Source: Eledone cirrhosa
Lineage: Eukaryota
Reading direction: 5' to 3'
Assembly (NCBI GenBank): GCA_964016885.1
Contig: OZ024762.1
Coordinates: 8,804,001 to 8,868,000 of the forward strand
DNA length: 64,000 nt
Shown: positions 1 through 11,869 of the stretch, piece after piece
How positions within the stretch are numbered: position 1 is the first letter of the stretch
Layout: every line of letters starts with the position of its first letter
The notes under the pieces: model-generated
The model's input: only the letters and a program-made list of their open reading frames with translations
What the model was told of the DNA's origin: nothing
The model's database searches: none
Made by a program: the position numbers and the translations under genes

Positions 1-958
1 GCTGCTACTTCTCCGAATTGAGAAATCACTGCTCAGATACAGTGAGTTCCTCCGAAGGGTCTTTGGGGTAACGTTACTCGATAAAATGCGTAGCTCGGAG
101 ATCAGAGAACCACTCCAAGTAGAGCTGCTACTTCTCCGAATCGAGAGATCATAGCTCCGATACTTTGGACATGTGCTTAGAATGTCTCAGGAAAGAAACG
201 CTGGACAGATTTGTAACTCGGAGAGCAGAGAGTCACTCCAGGTAGAACTGTTACTTCTCCGAATTGAGGGATCACAGCTCAGATACTGTGAGTTACTCCA
301 CAGGGTCTTTGGGATAACGTTACCCGATAAAATGCGTAGCTCGGAGATCAGAGAACCACTTCAGGTAGAGCTGCTACTTCCCCAAATTGAGGGATCATAG
401 CTCTGATACTATGGTTTCCTCCGATAGGTCTTTGAGGTAAAGTTACTCGATAGAGTGAGTAGCTCGGAGATCAGAGAGTCACTCTAGGTAGAGCTGCAAC
501 TTCTTCGAATTGAGGGATCACAGCTCCGATACTATGGTCATGTGGTTAGAATGTCTCAGGAAAGAACCGCTGGAGAGCCCCTCCAGGTAGAGCTACTACT
601 TCTCCGAATTGAGGGATCACAGCTCCGATACTATGGTCATGTGGTTAGAATGTCTCAGGAAAGAACCGCTGGAGAGCCACTCCAGGTAGAGCTACTACTT
701 CTCCGAATTGAGGGATCACAGCTTTGATATTATGGATATGTGGTTAGAATGTTTCAGGAAAGAATCACTGGACAAATTTTACTGGCGAAACCAACAGGTA
801 GGAGACCCAGGGTTAGACCAGGAGCAAGATGGTTGGATAACATCCATGAGCTTGGCTGATCTTGCTTGAGAGATCCAGCCAGATCAGTTGGAGACGGTTG
901 CTTCTGACAGGACCCACTGGAAGGAGTGGTTGAGGACTCTGCATCCCCACGACCCTCA
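1..958 (+). mobile_element. RTE-clade (Expander/Rex3-like) LINE 3' end with internal tandem duplications
   Basis: Broken frames give LLLLRIERSQLRYYGHVVRMSQER..GQILLAKPTGRRPR, typical of the RTE ORF C-terminus. The block is repeated about 8 times with stops and ends in an A/(GAA)n tail. Confidence 0.85.
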
Positions 959-1128
959 AAAAAAAAAAAAAAGAAGAAGAAGAAGAAGAAGAAGAAGAAG
1001 AAGAAGAAGAAGAAGAAGAAGAAAGCAAAGAAGAAGAAGAAGAAGAAGAAGAAGAAGAAGAAGAAGAAGAAGAAGAAGAAGAAGAAGAAGAAGAAGGCAA
1101 AGAAGAAGGAGTCAAAGAAGAAGAAAAA
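959..1128 (+). repeat. poly(A) then (GAA)n tail of the RTE element
   Basis: Direct reading. Confidence 0.95.
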
Positions 1129-1220
1129 GATCTTTATATCTTATACTATAACGTTCTCTTAATTTCCTACGAATATATTTATTCTCATTCTCTTAATCTT
1201 GTATTCGTTTATTATGATTA

Positions 1221-1410
1221 GGCGGTGGATTGGCAGTATCGGTAGAGTGTTGTCCGCCATGCTTTGACGCATAGAGTTATGGCCCTTGCCATTCTGGGTT
1301 CAAATCTCGCCGAGGTTAACTTTGCCTTTCATCCTTATGGGGTCGATAAAATAAAGTACCAGTAATACACTGGGTAATTGCTGGCCTTGTGCCAAAAGTA
1401 GAAACAATTA
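1221..1410 (+). mobile_element. tRNA-derived SINE family A (Nin/Deu-like core), full length
   Basis: A-box-like TGGCAGTATCGG, B box GGTTCAAATC, core GCCTTTCATCC..GGGGTCGATAAAATAAAGTACCAG, tail GGCCTTGTGCCAAAAGTAGAAACAATTA. More than 12 copies in the window. Confidence 0.85.
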
Positions 1411-1779
1411 TAATTATTAGTATTAGTATTCCTATTATGTATTATTCTGTTCGTTTATTACGTATTCTCCTAAGGTAATTCTGTATTCTCTTCAACGTGT
1501 GTAAAGGTTTTTTTTGTGTCGGCTCAGTTCCGTTTATCTATAATTAGACAGTCTACACGACTTGAGGCTGTATGTAACTTTAGCAAACATCGTTCGTTTA
1601 TTTTTGTGTTTTTTGTTGTTGTTTTTTTTTTGTTATTTCTCGATGTTGGTGGTGTGGGGTGAATGCGGTGGTGGTGTTGTCTTTGTTTTTTTTTTATTTA
1701 TTTTAAATTTTTGTTGTTGTTGTTGTTGCGTTGCAGATGATCGACGTTGAGCGAGTATATATATATATAATAATAAATT

Positions 1780-1915
1780 TGAAGACTAAAATCCAAAGAG
1801 GGCTCAATAATGATAAATATATATCAAATATATAAGAACGGTAGAGCAAATATTTATTAAAATAACAGATTAAAGTTTAAGCAAAGAATCGGTGCTTTCA
1901 CCCTGACCAAAAGTT
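1780..1915 (-). mobile_element. Short Penelope-like element fragment, same family as 15786-15965, with hammerhead 3' half
   Basis: Near-identical to 15786-15910. Minus strand reads GAAA-GCA..TGC-TT-AAACTTT, then AATAAA. Confidence 0.55.
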
Positions 1916-1970
1916 AAACAAGACTGGAATTGAACCATCAGCACAGTTGAGGTATGTCATACATCAATTT

Positions 1971-2042
1971 ATATATTTTATCTGATGAGGACGTACTGAA
2001 AAAACAGCACAGTACCTCCGAAATATATATAATAAAATATAT
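1971..2042 (+). ncRNA. Type I hammerhead ribozyme (family H1)
   Basis: Stem I ATATATTTTAT/ATAAAATATAT (11 bp), CTGATGA 1982-1988, stem II GG..GTACTG/CAGTAC..CC, GAAA 2020-2023, palindromic TATATA, TA. Predicted cleavage after 2031. Confidence 0.8.
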
Positions 2043-2082
2043 TTTGATTACGTTGAATGTCTATATTTATTAATATTTTGAA

Positions 2083-2132
<50 letters not shown>

Positions 2133-2137
<5 letters not shown>

Positions 2138-2233
2138 CAAAATATTAATAAATGAAAAATATTCTCATAACCAAAATATATATTTTATTATACATATTTC
2201 AAAGGTACAATGGTGTTTAAGTACGTTTTCATC

Positions 2234-2236
<3 letters not shown>
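2133..2236 (-). mobile_element. Degenerate inverted copy of the H1 hammerhead element
   Basis: Reverse complement TGATGAAAACGTAC..GTACCTTTGAAATATGTATAATAAAATATA mirrors 1982-2085 across a (TA)n. Confidence 0.6.
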
Positions 2237-2264
<28 letters not shown>

Positions 2265-2266
2265 TA

Positions 2267-2477
2267 TAACGAAAGAAGTGTGGTAAGGAACCAGGTGGAC
2301 CATAACACACCAGAGTACTCGATAATTAGAGTAGTAGAGTGGATAGTAGGAAAAGAGTCAGGACCCCGACGGCTGAGTTCCGGCCGTTTCGACAGCTAGA
2401 TCTGAACTAACCCAGTAGTGTTAGTTGAGATCTAGCTGTCGAAATGGCCGGAGCCCAGCCGTCGGGGTCCTGACTCT

Positions 2478-2480
<3 letters not shown>
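2267..2480 (-). mobile_element. Fold-back Penelope-like element family F, copy 1
   Basis: Palindrome 2351-2480 carrying GAAA-CGGC..GCCG-TC-GGGGTC on both strands, flanked by (TA)n. Confidence 0.75.
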
Positions 2481-2556
<76 letters not shown>

Positions 2557-2559
<3 letters not shown>

Positions 2560-2746
2560 CGAAGGAAATGTGGTAAGGAACCAGGTGGACCATAACGCAC
2601 CAAAGTTCTCAATACTTGGGGTAGTAGAGTGGGTAATAGGAACCAGTAAGACCCCGACGGCTGAGCTCAAGCCGTTTCGACAGCTAATTCTGGACTGAAT
2701 TAGCCGTCGAAACGGCTTGAGCTCAGCCGTCGGGGTCTTACTGGTT

Positions 2747-2751
<5 letters not shown>
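2557..2751 (-). mobile_element. Family F copy 2
   Basis: Palindrome 2636-2751 with loop TGGACT, flanked by (TA)n. Confidence 0.75.
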
Positions 2752-2799
<48 letters not shown>

Positions 2800-2803
<4 letters not shown>

Positions 2804-3003
2804 CAAAGCAGGCGTGGTAAGATACCAGGTGGACCATAACGCAGCAGAGTACTCGATACTTAGGGTAGTAGAGTGGGTAATAGGCAAAGAGTCAGGACCC
2901 CCGACAGCTGAGCTCCGGCCGTTTTGACAGCTAGATCCGAACTTGGATCTAGCTGTCGAAAAGGCCGGAGCTCAGCCGTCGGGGGACCTGACTCCTTTGC
3001 TAT
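2800..3003 (-). mobile_element. Family F copy 3
   Basis: Palindrome about 2880-3003 centred on GATCCGAACTTGGATC, flanked by (TA)n. Confidence 0.75.
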
Positions 3004-3074
3004 ATATATATTTATATATATACAGAGAGAGAGAGAGAGAGAGAGATAGGATGGAAGTGGGAAAGATATATAGA

Positions 3075-3233
3075 GGAAGAATCGATTCTAGTACTCGACT
3101 GGTACTTTTTTTTATCGAACTCGAATGGATGAAAGGCAAAGTTGACCTCGGCGGGATTTGAACTCAGAGAGCGAAAACGAATATTATAAAGCATTCTATC
3201 CGACGTTCTAACGACTCTGCCAATTCGCCACCA
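3075..3233 (-). mobile_element. SINE family A, diverged copy
   Basis: GGATGAAAGGCAAAGTTGACCTCGGCGGGATTTGAACTC, the reverse core and B box. Confidence 0.75.
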
Positions 3234-3303
3234 TTTTGGACAGACTTTAACTCAACTTTAACACCATCCAATATACCCCTTCCGTTTTTTTTTCTTTCTT
3301 TAA

Positions 3304-3525
3304 CCCTTTACCATTTACATTACTCTATATTTACTATTGTATTTTCACGGTAAACACTTTATGTCACATAATTATCTCACATAATATCGAACCTACGAGA
3401 TTTGATTTCTATATTATCTATTTTGAGAACAATACCTTAACACAATGGTCAATTATGGCTGGTTTGAACAGAAAGAGGTAAGAGAATTCTGGCCAGATAT
3501 GGCCGCTTTAAATTCTAAAATGTTA
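3304..3525. mobile_element. piggyBac-type MITE fragment
   Basis: TTAA|CCCTTTA start; homologous to 42338-42548. Confidence 0.65.
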
Positions 3526-3904
3526 AGACAATCGACGTTAATTTGAGGGTAATCTTGCTGCTATTTCTAGCAGGTCGAACGACTACGTTGGCAGTAATAT
3601 ATATAAAAAAACTAACAAGCAAAAAAATTGTTGATGGCCATCTGTCACTCTCTTGCTTTGACTGAAACATAACCCTGATAAAATATCCAATTATCGTGCT
3701 GCTTATCTGCACGTGATCGATATCGATCTAAAAGTACAACATAGCATTTAGCATTGGTGGTCGATATATTTTTTTTTGTTTTTGTTTTTTGCGGGGGTTA
3801 GGATAGGGGCTCAGTTGTCTATTCTCTTTTGTTTTTAGATTTTTTTTGCTTTGTTTTTTGTTTTGTTGTTGTTGTAAATTAGTGTTTGTGCGCGTGCGCG
3901 TCTT

Positions 3905-4452
3905 GTTGGTGTTGGTGGTGGTGGTGGTGGTTGTGGTGGTGGTGGTGGAGGTGGTGGTGATATTGGTTGCGATGGTGGTGGTGGTGGCGGTATTGGTTGT
4001 GGTGGTGGTGGTGATGGTGGTGGTGGTGGAGGTGGTTGTAATGGTGGTGGAGGGGGTTGTGGTGGTGGTTGTAGTAGTGGTATTGGTGTAGTTGTGGTAG
4101 TGGTGGCAGTAGTGGTAGAGGTGGTAGTGGCGTTATGGTAATAGTAGTGTTGATAGTGGTGGTGGTGGTGGTAGTGGTAGAAGTGGTAGTGGTGGTAGTG
4201 GTAGAAGTGGTAGTGGTAGAAGTGGTAGTAGTGGCAGTAGTGGTAGAGGTGGTAGTGTTGGTGGTGTTGGTGCTGATGGTGATTATAGCGGTGACAGTAG
4301 TGCTGTTGTGGTGGTGACGGTGATAGTGGTGGTGGTTGTAGTAGTGGTGTAGTTGTGGTGGTGGTAGAAGCGGTAGTGGTGGCAGTAGTGGTAGATGGTG
4401 GTAGTGCTAGTAGTGACGTTATAGTAATAGTAGTGTTGATAATGGTGGTGGT
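3905..4452. repeat. (GGT/GTA)n compound microsatellite
   Basis: Direct reading. Confidence 0.95.
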
Positions 4453-5902
4453 CATAGACACAAGAGACTATTGCTATCTTCAAAGGAAGAAGAATGACAT
4501 TCAACGAGACTGACATTATAACCGTCCCTTGTCATCTCACCCTCCCCTTCCCCATCTCAAAGTGTAATTTACCTAATTTTCTCAACTATTATCTATCATG
4601 ATCAACTGCTATTAGCGCTACTTTTGCGTCTGGGACTTTCGCATTTTCAAATTTTAAAACTAAAAATTAAATCGTGCGAAACCATTTTGCTGGTTTAAGA
4701 GAAGATGTGTGTGTATAAACTTGTCTTGTACATCGCCTTTCTTTATTTCCTTCTTCCAGTCACTTCTATGCGCCATCACACTTCTTATCCTCCGCCTCTT
4801 TCAATCTTTTCTATATTTCATCTACCTGTCACCCACCTTGTGGATTGTCTCTCTCTGTTGACCACTGACTGCTGGTCTCTGTCCTCTGAGGCATTATATT
4901 TCATCTACCTGTCACCCACCTTGTGTATTGTCCCTCTGTTGATCTTCGGATCTCTATCCCCTGAGTTCAAATCCCACCGAGGTTAACTTTGCCTTTCATC
5001 CATTCAAAGGTCGATAACAAAAGAACAAGTCTAGTACTAGGGTTGATTCTTTCTCTATATCTCATTCTCACTTCCTCTTTATTCTTCCCTGGAGTAAATC
5101 TGCTGTATTCAGACTTGGGGAGATGATTGGCTCCTCCGAGGTCAACCTTTCCTTTCAGCCATTGAAGGTGAATAAAAAAAGGTACCAGTCAAGTACTGGG
5201 GTTGATTCTTTCTTTATATCTTTTCTCACTTCCATTCTCTCACTCATTCTATCCTTCTCTGGAAGAAATCTGCTGTATTCAGACCTGGAGAGGAGATAGG
5301 CTCCGCCAGATTTTGAAATGCCCTAGAAACGCCGTATGTCAATATGGCGTTCCTACGACTCTATCAGAAGTTACGGCATCCTGCATGTTAGAAATAAGTT
5401 CTTGTCTTATTTTTTTTTCCTTCCTTCAAGATATTTTACTGGAAAGAAGAATTCGTTGCGGTTGTTTCCGGTTGTCGGAACGAACTGTCGGAAAGAAACG
5501 ACAAGAGCAAGGAAGCCAATACATAGTAGCTCGACTTGCTAGAAACAGCAGTCAAACATCCTTAAAAGAATATCGTATTGTCTTAAGAAATATAAATACA
5601 GAAGTAAATATGTATATATTTATTTATATATATTTATACAGATATAAATAAACAGGTTTGATAATGTAATAGTTGATACAATGTTTACAATAAATAAATC
5701 TTTGATAAGAAAATACAAGGTCATGTGATATCTTCATCCTCCTCCCCCTCTCTGTCTCTCGCTTTCTTTCTCTCTCTCTCTATCTCTCTCACACACACAA
5801 TTGACAAGATGTTCAGTGGTAATGTAACAACTATCTATAGCTACCTATATATCTATCTTCGGATAATGATACCTACCTACCTATCTATCTATCTATCTAT
5901 CT

Positions 5903-6157
5903 ATGCGATACATCATAGAGAGGGTAGGGTGTAAACCCGGCTTCGGTGGGGCCCTGATCAACTTGGATCAGTCTAAGGCTTTCGATAGGGTTGACCATCG
6001 TTACCTGGATGCGGTGCTCGAGGCGGCAGGCTTCGGACCCGTGTTCAGGGGCTGGATTGCTGTAATGCACAACAGCAACATCTGCTCAAGGGTCAAGGTG
6101 AACGGTTACCTCTCGGAGCCGTTCCATATTACGCGATCCATTCGACAGGGATGCCCT
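5903..6157 (+). mobile_element. Tx1/L1-clade reverse transcriptase fragment, 5'-truncated, running into the gap
   Basis: ALINLDQSKAFDRVDH..GFG..F..WI..SRVKVNG..SEPF...RSIRQGCP matches the non-LTR RT motifs LDxxKAFDxVxH and RQGCP. Confidence 0.9.
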
Positions 6158-6357
6158 NNNNNNNNNNNNNNNNNNNNNNNNNNNNNNNNNNNNNNNNNNN
6201 NNNNNNNNNNNNNNNNNNNNNNNNNNNNNNNNNNNNNNNNNNNNNNNNNNNNNNNNNNNNNNNNNNNNNNNNNNNNNNNNNNNNNNNNNNNNNNNNNNNN
6301 NNNNNNNNNNNNNNNNNNNNNNNNNNNNNNNNNNNNNNNNNNNNNNNNNNNNNNNNN
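6158..6357. other. Assembly gap (200 N)
   Basis: Direct reading. Confidence 1.
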
Positions 6358-6392
6358 TTTGATCTTATATATTATATATATATATATATATA

Positions 6393-6671
6393 TACAATAT
6401 TAAATAAATGGAAACTATATTTATAAAACCATATCTATTTCATTATATATATTTCAGGGATAACATATTAACAATATGCTATGCCTTCCTCAGACAAAAT
6501 ACAATATAAACAGTTTTATAGATAAATGTCGAATCTATTTATCTATAAAACTGTTTATATTGTATTTTGTCTGAGGAAGGCATAGCATATTGTTAATATG
6601 TTATCCCTGAAATATATATAATGAAATAGATATGGTTTTATAAATATAGTTTCCATTTATTTAATATTGTA
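6393..6671. repeat. Perfect 135-bp-arm palindrome (6393-6527 / 6537-6671) of a hammerhead-bearing Penelope-like element
   Basis: Arms read as exact reverse complements around the 9-nt spacer GTCGAATCT. Confidence 0.9.
6563..6628 (+). ncRNA. Type I hammerhead ribozyme (family H2); mirror copy at 6436-6501 on the minus strand
   Basis: Stem I TATTTTGT/ATGAAATA (8 bp, 2 GU), CTGAGGA, stem II AGG.ATAGCATATT/AATATGTTAT..CCT, GAAA, TATATA, TA. Confidence 0.75.
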
Positions 6672-6755
6672 AATATACTCCAAATATTTGTTGAGTGCTT
6701 TTATATCAGTTATAAATATTTACTAGTTGTAACACAACAATTTAAATATAACTTT

Positions 6756-6799
<44 letters not shown>

Positions 6800-6803
<4 letters not shown>

Positions 6804-7316
6804 ATTATAACAATCGAAATCTCCAATAGGGGGGGGGACGCCACAAATGGGTTGTTTAATACCCCGTCGATAGAACAACCCTCAACTTCAGGAGTGTGTT
6901 GTGCAAGTGCTTTTTGCTCTCTTCTTTAACCTACAGGCTTATAAACAGAGAAGGCCCAATCACTCGGGCCATTTTCGCTTCATTCACCCACCTTTGAGTA
7001 AATTTACTGGGGTGCAGTGCCTCTCTCTCCACTCTGATTCTTCTTCTAAAGTGATACTTAATGAAGGGAATCAATTGTTGTCCGGAGAGAAAGACATCTG
7101 TCCTCAGTCCTCTCAAATCTCGTCCACCATATAACCTCTTTCACCATAGCCACCGTACAGAGGAAAACCGCCTCTCTTTCGTTTTTGAAAGAGGCTGGCG
7201 GTTTGATCCTTACTATGGACTCGGCAGTCAACTGGATTTGTCCCATACGCGACAGCAGTTGTTCTGCATAGTTCCACAGGTCGCTTACGCCCGGGCAGTG
7301 TTCAATTGCGTGAATG
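6800..7316 (-). mobile_element. Tx1/L1-clade LINE 3' end (ORF2 C-terminus and 3' UTR)
   Basis: HAIEHCPGVSDLW (HxxxxC end of the zinc knuckle) ... RRIRVEREALHPSKFTQRW. Homologous to 54915-55296. Confidence 0.8.
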
Positions 7317-7754
7317 AATAGATAGATAGATATATACATTGAGGTAGGTACATAAATAGATAGCTATAGATAGATATATACATTGAGGTAGGTACATAAA
7401 TATATAGCTATAGATAGAGATATACATTGAGGTAGATACATAAATAGATAGCTATAGATAGATAGTTAGATGAAGTGACAGTAAGAGTAAAATTATGTAT
7501 GTGTGCTCATGTATGTGTTTGTATGTTCAAATATATACAGACACACAGTCACACATACACACATATATGTATGTACACACACACATATATGTGTGTGTGT
7601 GTATAGATACCCATGTCACCACAGTTCAACCATTGTCATCATCCCCACCACCATCACTTATCATCATGGGATTTAGGGAGAGAGAGAGAAAGAGAGGGCC
7701 AATATTATTGGGCAACCTTCTGCAATAGCGAGAGAGAGAGGGAGAGAGAGCGAG

Positions 7755-8295
7755 AGGACCAAGCTGAGTGGGTAAGCTTCTGTGAGAGAGAGAGAGAGCC
7801 AAGCTGAGTGGGTAAGTTTCTGAGAGCGAGAGAGAGAGCCAAGCTGAGTGGGTAAGTTTCTGAGAGAGAGAGAGAGAGAGAGAGCCAAGCTGAGTGGGTA
7901 AGTTTCTGAGAGAGAGAGAGAGAGAGCCAAGCTGAGTGGGTAAGTTTCTGAGAGAGAGAGAAGGGGGGTGGGCTGAGTGGCCAACCTTCTATGAGAGCGA
8001 GAGAGAGAGAGAGAGAGAGCCAAGCTAAGTGGGTAAGCTTCTGCAAGCGACAGAGAGAGAGAGCCAAGCTGAGTGGGTAAGCTTCTGAGAGAGAGAGAGA
8101 GAGAAGGGGGGGAGGCTGAGTGGCCAACCTTCTATGAGAGGGAGAGAGAGAGAGAGAGTGCCAAGCTGAGTGGGTAAGTTTCTGAGAGAGAGAGGGGGGG
8201 GGGGGCAGGCTGAGTGGCCAACCTTCTGTGAGAGAGAGAGAGAGAGAGAGGGGTGGCAGGCTGAGTGGCCAACCTTCTGTGAGAGAGAGAGAGAG
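7755..8295. repeat. Minisatellite CCAAGCTGAGTGGGTAAGTTTCTG+(AG)n, about 12 units of two variants
   Basis: Direct reading. Confidence 0.9.
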
Positions 8296-8539
8296 AGGAG
8301 ATTGGATGACATTGAGACAGAGCTCAGAAGAGACAGACAGACAGACAGATATGATTCAGTGAGGGAGCTTTTAAGTTGTATGATTTCACTGTGAAGAAAT
8401 TAAGTTGAGCTCCACCATAACATGGTTTGGTGGGTGGTGGGTGTTGGAGTGGGGTGGGGTGGTGTTAGTGGTGGGTGGTGGTGGGGGGTATTGGATCTCA
8501 GAGTGGGAGGGGGGGGGGTACATTTCCTTTCTCTGTTAG

Positions 8540-8955
8540 TGGTGGTGATGGTGGTTGGTGTTGTTTGTGGTGGTAACGATACTTGGTGGCGATGGTGGTA
8601 GTGATGATGTTGGTGATGGTGATGATAGTGATTGTGATGGTGGTGGTGGTAGTGGTGATGGTGGTGATCGTGATGGTGATGGTGGTGGTGGTAGTGATAA
8701 TGATGATGATGGTGATGGTGTTGGTGGTGGTAGTGATGGTGGTGTTGGTGGTGGAAATAGTGGTGATGTAGGCAATGGTTGAGATGGTGGTAGTAATTGT
8801 GGTGGTGGTGGTGGTGGTGGTGGCAATGGTTGAGATGGTGGTAGTGGTGGTAGTAATTGTGATGGTGGTGGTGGTAGCAGTAGTGGTGGTGGTGGCAATG
8901 GTTGAGATGGTGGTGGTGGTGGTGGTGTAGGCAGTGGTTGAGATGGTGGCGATGA
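8540..8955. repeat. (GGT/GAT)n microsatellite
   Basis: Direct reading. Confidence 0.95.
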
Positions 8956-9399
8956 CAGCCAAAGGAAAGAATGAAGACAATTGAGAGGAGATAATCTGTA
9001 GTAAATGAAATGAAACGAAAGGACATGAAATGAAATAAAATGAAATGAAATCTGGAAACGGAAAAAATTATTTTATTAAATATAAAAAAAAAAATGATAG
9101 ACATGAAAGAAGTACTCATTGATGTGTGTGTTTGTGTATGTGTGTATGTGTATATAAATGTTTGTGTGTGTATGTATGTGTATATAAATGTTTGTGTGTG
9201 TATGTATGTGTATATAAATGTTTGTGTGTATGTATGTGTATGTATGTATGTGTGTGTATATATGTATGCGTGTTTGTGTATATATATATATATGTGTGTG
9301 CGTGTACATATATTTGCTTGTCTAGACATATATGTATGTATATATATATGTATATATGTATATCATCATATATGTATATATATATATATATATGTATAT

Positions 9400-9434
<35 letters not shown>

Positions 9435-9435
<1 letters not shown>

Positions 9436-9941
9436 TAGCAGTGGTACCCGGCGTTGCACGGGATAAGGTATTGTGAAATATATAACCGCCTTAGCTAAGC
9501 TTAGTATTGCCACAACCAAGGCTGGCAAAGAAGTAAGGGTCTGGTGGTACGTAAGTAAGCAACACTGTGGCTTAAAACGTGAGGAAGAAGTTGTGTGCAC
9601 TTACCAACTGTTTGGGGAATGAGTGTGAGATTTGTCTTGAGCAAGGGTGGCAGAATAACCAGAGGCAGCAGACATACAGACAAATATTATAAGGGTGCGA
9701 CATTATATGTATGTATCTATCTAAAAAGAGAAAGACTAAGAATTATAGAGAGAGATCGCTCAATCGCTTAATGTGGTCCTTAGGGCATTGAAAATTTGAA
9801 ATTGTTTTTACTCAGAACACTCCCTGAAACATAAGTATTACTTGTGTAAAGTTTGAAAACAGTCGGTTGGGTGCTTCTCTAGTTTTAGGGATTCAAACTC
9901 ACACACACACAGACAGACAATCTCAGTTATATATATATAGA
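9435..9941 (-). mobile_element. Non-autonomous Helitron
   Basis: Minus strand starts TC at 9941 and ends CTAG at 9435, with subterminal hairpin CCCG-TGCAACGC-CGGG. Inserted between A and T, no TSD, internal (ACAG)n near the 5' end. Confidence 0.75.
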
Positions 9942-10040
9942 TGTATTTATATCATCATATATATATGTATATCATAATATATATATATGTATATCATCAA
10001 GTTTGCAATTTTCTACAAACTTGACTGTCACCACTGAATA

Positions 10041-10079
10041 TGAACCTGAAGATTGCGAAAGTATGAAAGTACTTGTTCA
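10041..10079 (+). ncRNA. Minimal type I hammerhead (family H3) in an element at about 10000-10232
   Basis: TGAAC-CTGAAGA-TTGC-GAAA-GTAT-GAAA-GTAC-TT-GTTCA. Second copy at 54327. Confidence 0.75.
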
Positions 10080-10243
10080 ATTAACATTTAACATTTAATA
10101 TTCTACCATACTATTTCATTATAATATCATTATAATTTTAAAGGATTGTAAATAAAACGAGTAAATCAGACAAAGTTGGAATTCCTTTTATTAATATAAT
10201 CTTCTATACACAATCATACACACCGGTGTATATTTATTTATAT

Positions 10244-10291
<48 letters not shown>

Positions 10292-10293
<2 letters not shown>

Positions 10294-10575
10294 ACCAGGT
10301 GATGTGTTGTTTCCTTGAGCAAGACACTTTATTTCACATTGCTCCAGTTTACTCAGCTGTAGAAATGAGATGATAGGGACTGGGGTCCCTATCATTCCAC
10401 TGCAAAATGGTCGTGTAGGAGCTAAGGCAAAAATCACTCAGCATTCACTGTAAATGAGGTTGGTGTTAGGAAGGGCATCCAGCTGTAGAAATCAAGCCAG
10501 AATCAGTTCCCGTCCCATCCTTGTAAGCAGGGAAAAGTGGACGTAAAATGATGATGATGATGATGATGATGATGA
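10292..10575 (+). mobile_element. SINE family B, 5'-truncated
   Basis: Matches 48555-48835; RTE tail and (GAT)n. Confidence 0.85.
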
Positions 10576-10717
10576 TACACATATATATATATATATACAA
10601 CTACAGTAAACTGTCTCTATAGACCGGTTTAATTTCATCTGACAATCTGACCCATATTTTCTTTCAACAATTTTTTGAGAATATTCCAAAAAAGTAGGAT
10701 TTCCAGTTCACTTTATC

Positions 10718-10759
<42 letters not shown>

Positions 10760-10791
10760 ACATACATACATATATGTATACAGACGTACAG

Positions 10792-10852
<61 letters not shown>

Positions 10853-11034
10853 TATGTATACATACATACATATATGTATACAGACGTACAGTAGTATGTA
10901 TATATATATACATACATGCACACATATATATATGTACCTATGAAAAATGAAATTTCGTCTCATTTTTTCCGTTTATATATATATATATAGTGACGAAACA
11001 TAAGTCAATTGCATGAACTCATAATCCTTTATTT

Positions 11035-11090
11035 ACTGCTGTATATATTTCGATGATAGCCATTGAATGGCTATGACCTCATCAGGCAGT
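11035..11090 (-). ncRNA. Type I hammerhead-like motif (family H4), cleavage-site variant
   Basis: ACTGC-CTGATGA-GGT-CATAGCCAT-TCA-ATGGCTAT-CATC-GAAA-TATATA-CA-GCAGT, then AATAAA. U16.1 reads C, so probably inactive. Confidence 0.65.
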
Positions 11091-11869
11091 TAGTCAGTTC
11101 TTAGATATGCTAGGTCTGTGTTTATAGTGTTGATGGTATCAGAGCCTTGGGACATATATATATATATGTGTGTGTGTGTGGTGTATATATGTATATATAT
11201 ATATATATATATTTGTTTATGTGTATATGTATATATATATATGTATATATATATATATGTGTGTGTATATATATATGTGTGTATATGTATATATATATAT
11301 GTATATATATATATATGTATATATATAATTTAATTTTATTCTTTCTATTGATATATTTATTAACTTTTTGCTTTGCTACCTGTCTGTCTGTCTGTCTACC
11401 TGTGTCTGTCTCTCTGTCTGTGTCTGTCTATCTACCTGTCTATCTGACCATCTATCTATCCAGCCATCCCTCTATCTACCTGTCTGTCTGTCTGTCTGTG
11501 AGGGTGGAGGTAATGGTAGGTAGTGCTGTAGCTGTAGGATATTTAAAGCTGGTTCAGAAGATCTATTCGATAAATTTTTTTTTTTTTTTTTAAATGATGA
11601 AAAATTGAAAAAAAAACAAAACAAACAAATGGAAAAAAAAAAAATTTAAATTGGAAAAAAGGAAATAATTTTTTTTTTTATTTGCTTTTTTTTTATTTGA
11701 AATTTGAAGAATTGAAATAAAATTCTCTCACAATTTCCCTCTTTAGAAAATTAACTTTAATGTACTGAAGATCAATAAAAGCAGGAGACTCTTCAAGTGT
11801 AGTTGTTTGGTCTGTTATGGAGGAGGAAACAGACAGGGCTCCATTTCCTCCCCACTATTATAATAATTA

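Noticed and set aside
5326-5351. Hammerhead at GAAA-CGCCGTAT-GTCA-ATATGGCG-TT
   Set aside because: Good stem III, but no upstream CUGANGA or stem I; half motif at best.
5903-7316. One intact or twin-primed Tx1 element spanning the gap
   Set aside because: The fragments converge and each has its own 5' junction at (TATC)n. This cannot be resolved across the N gap.
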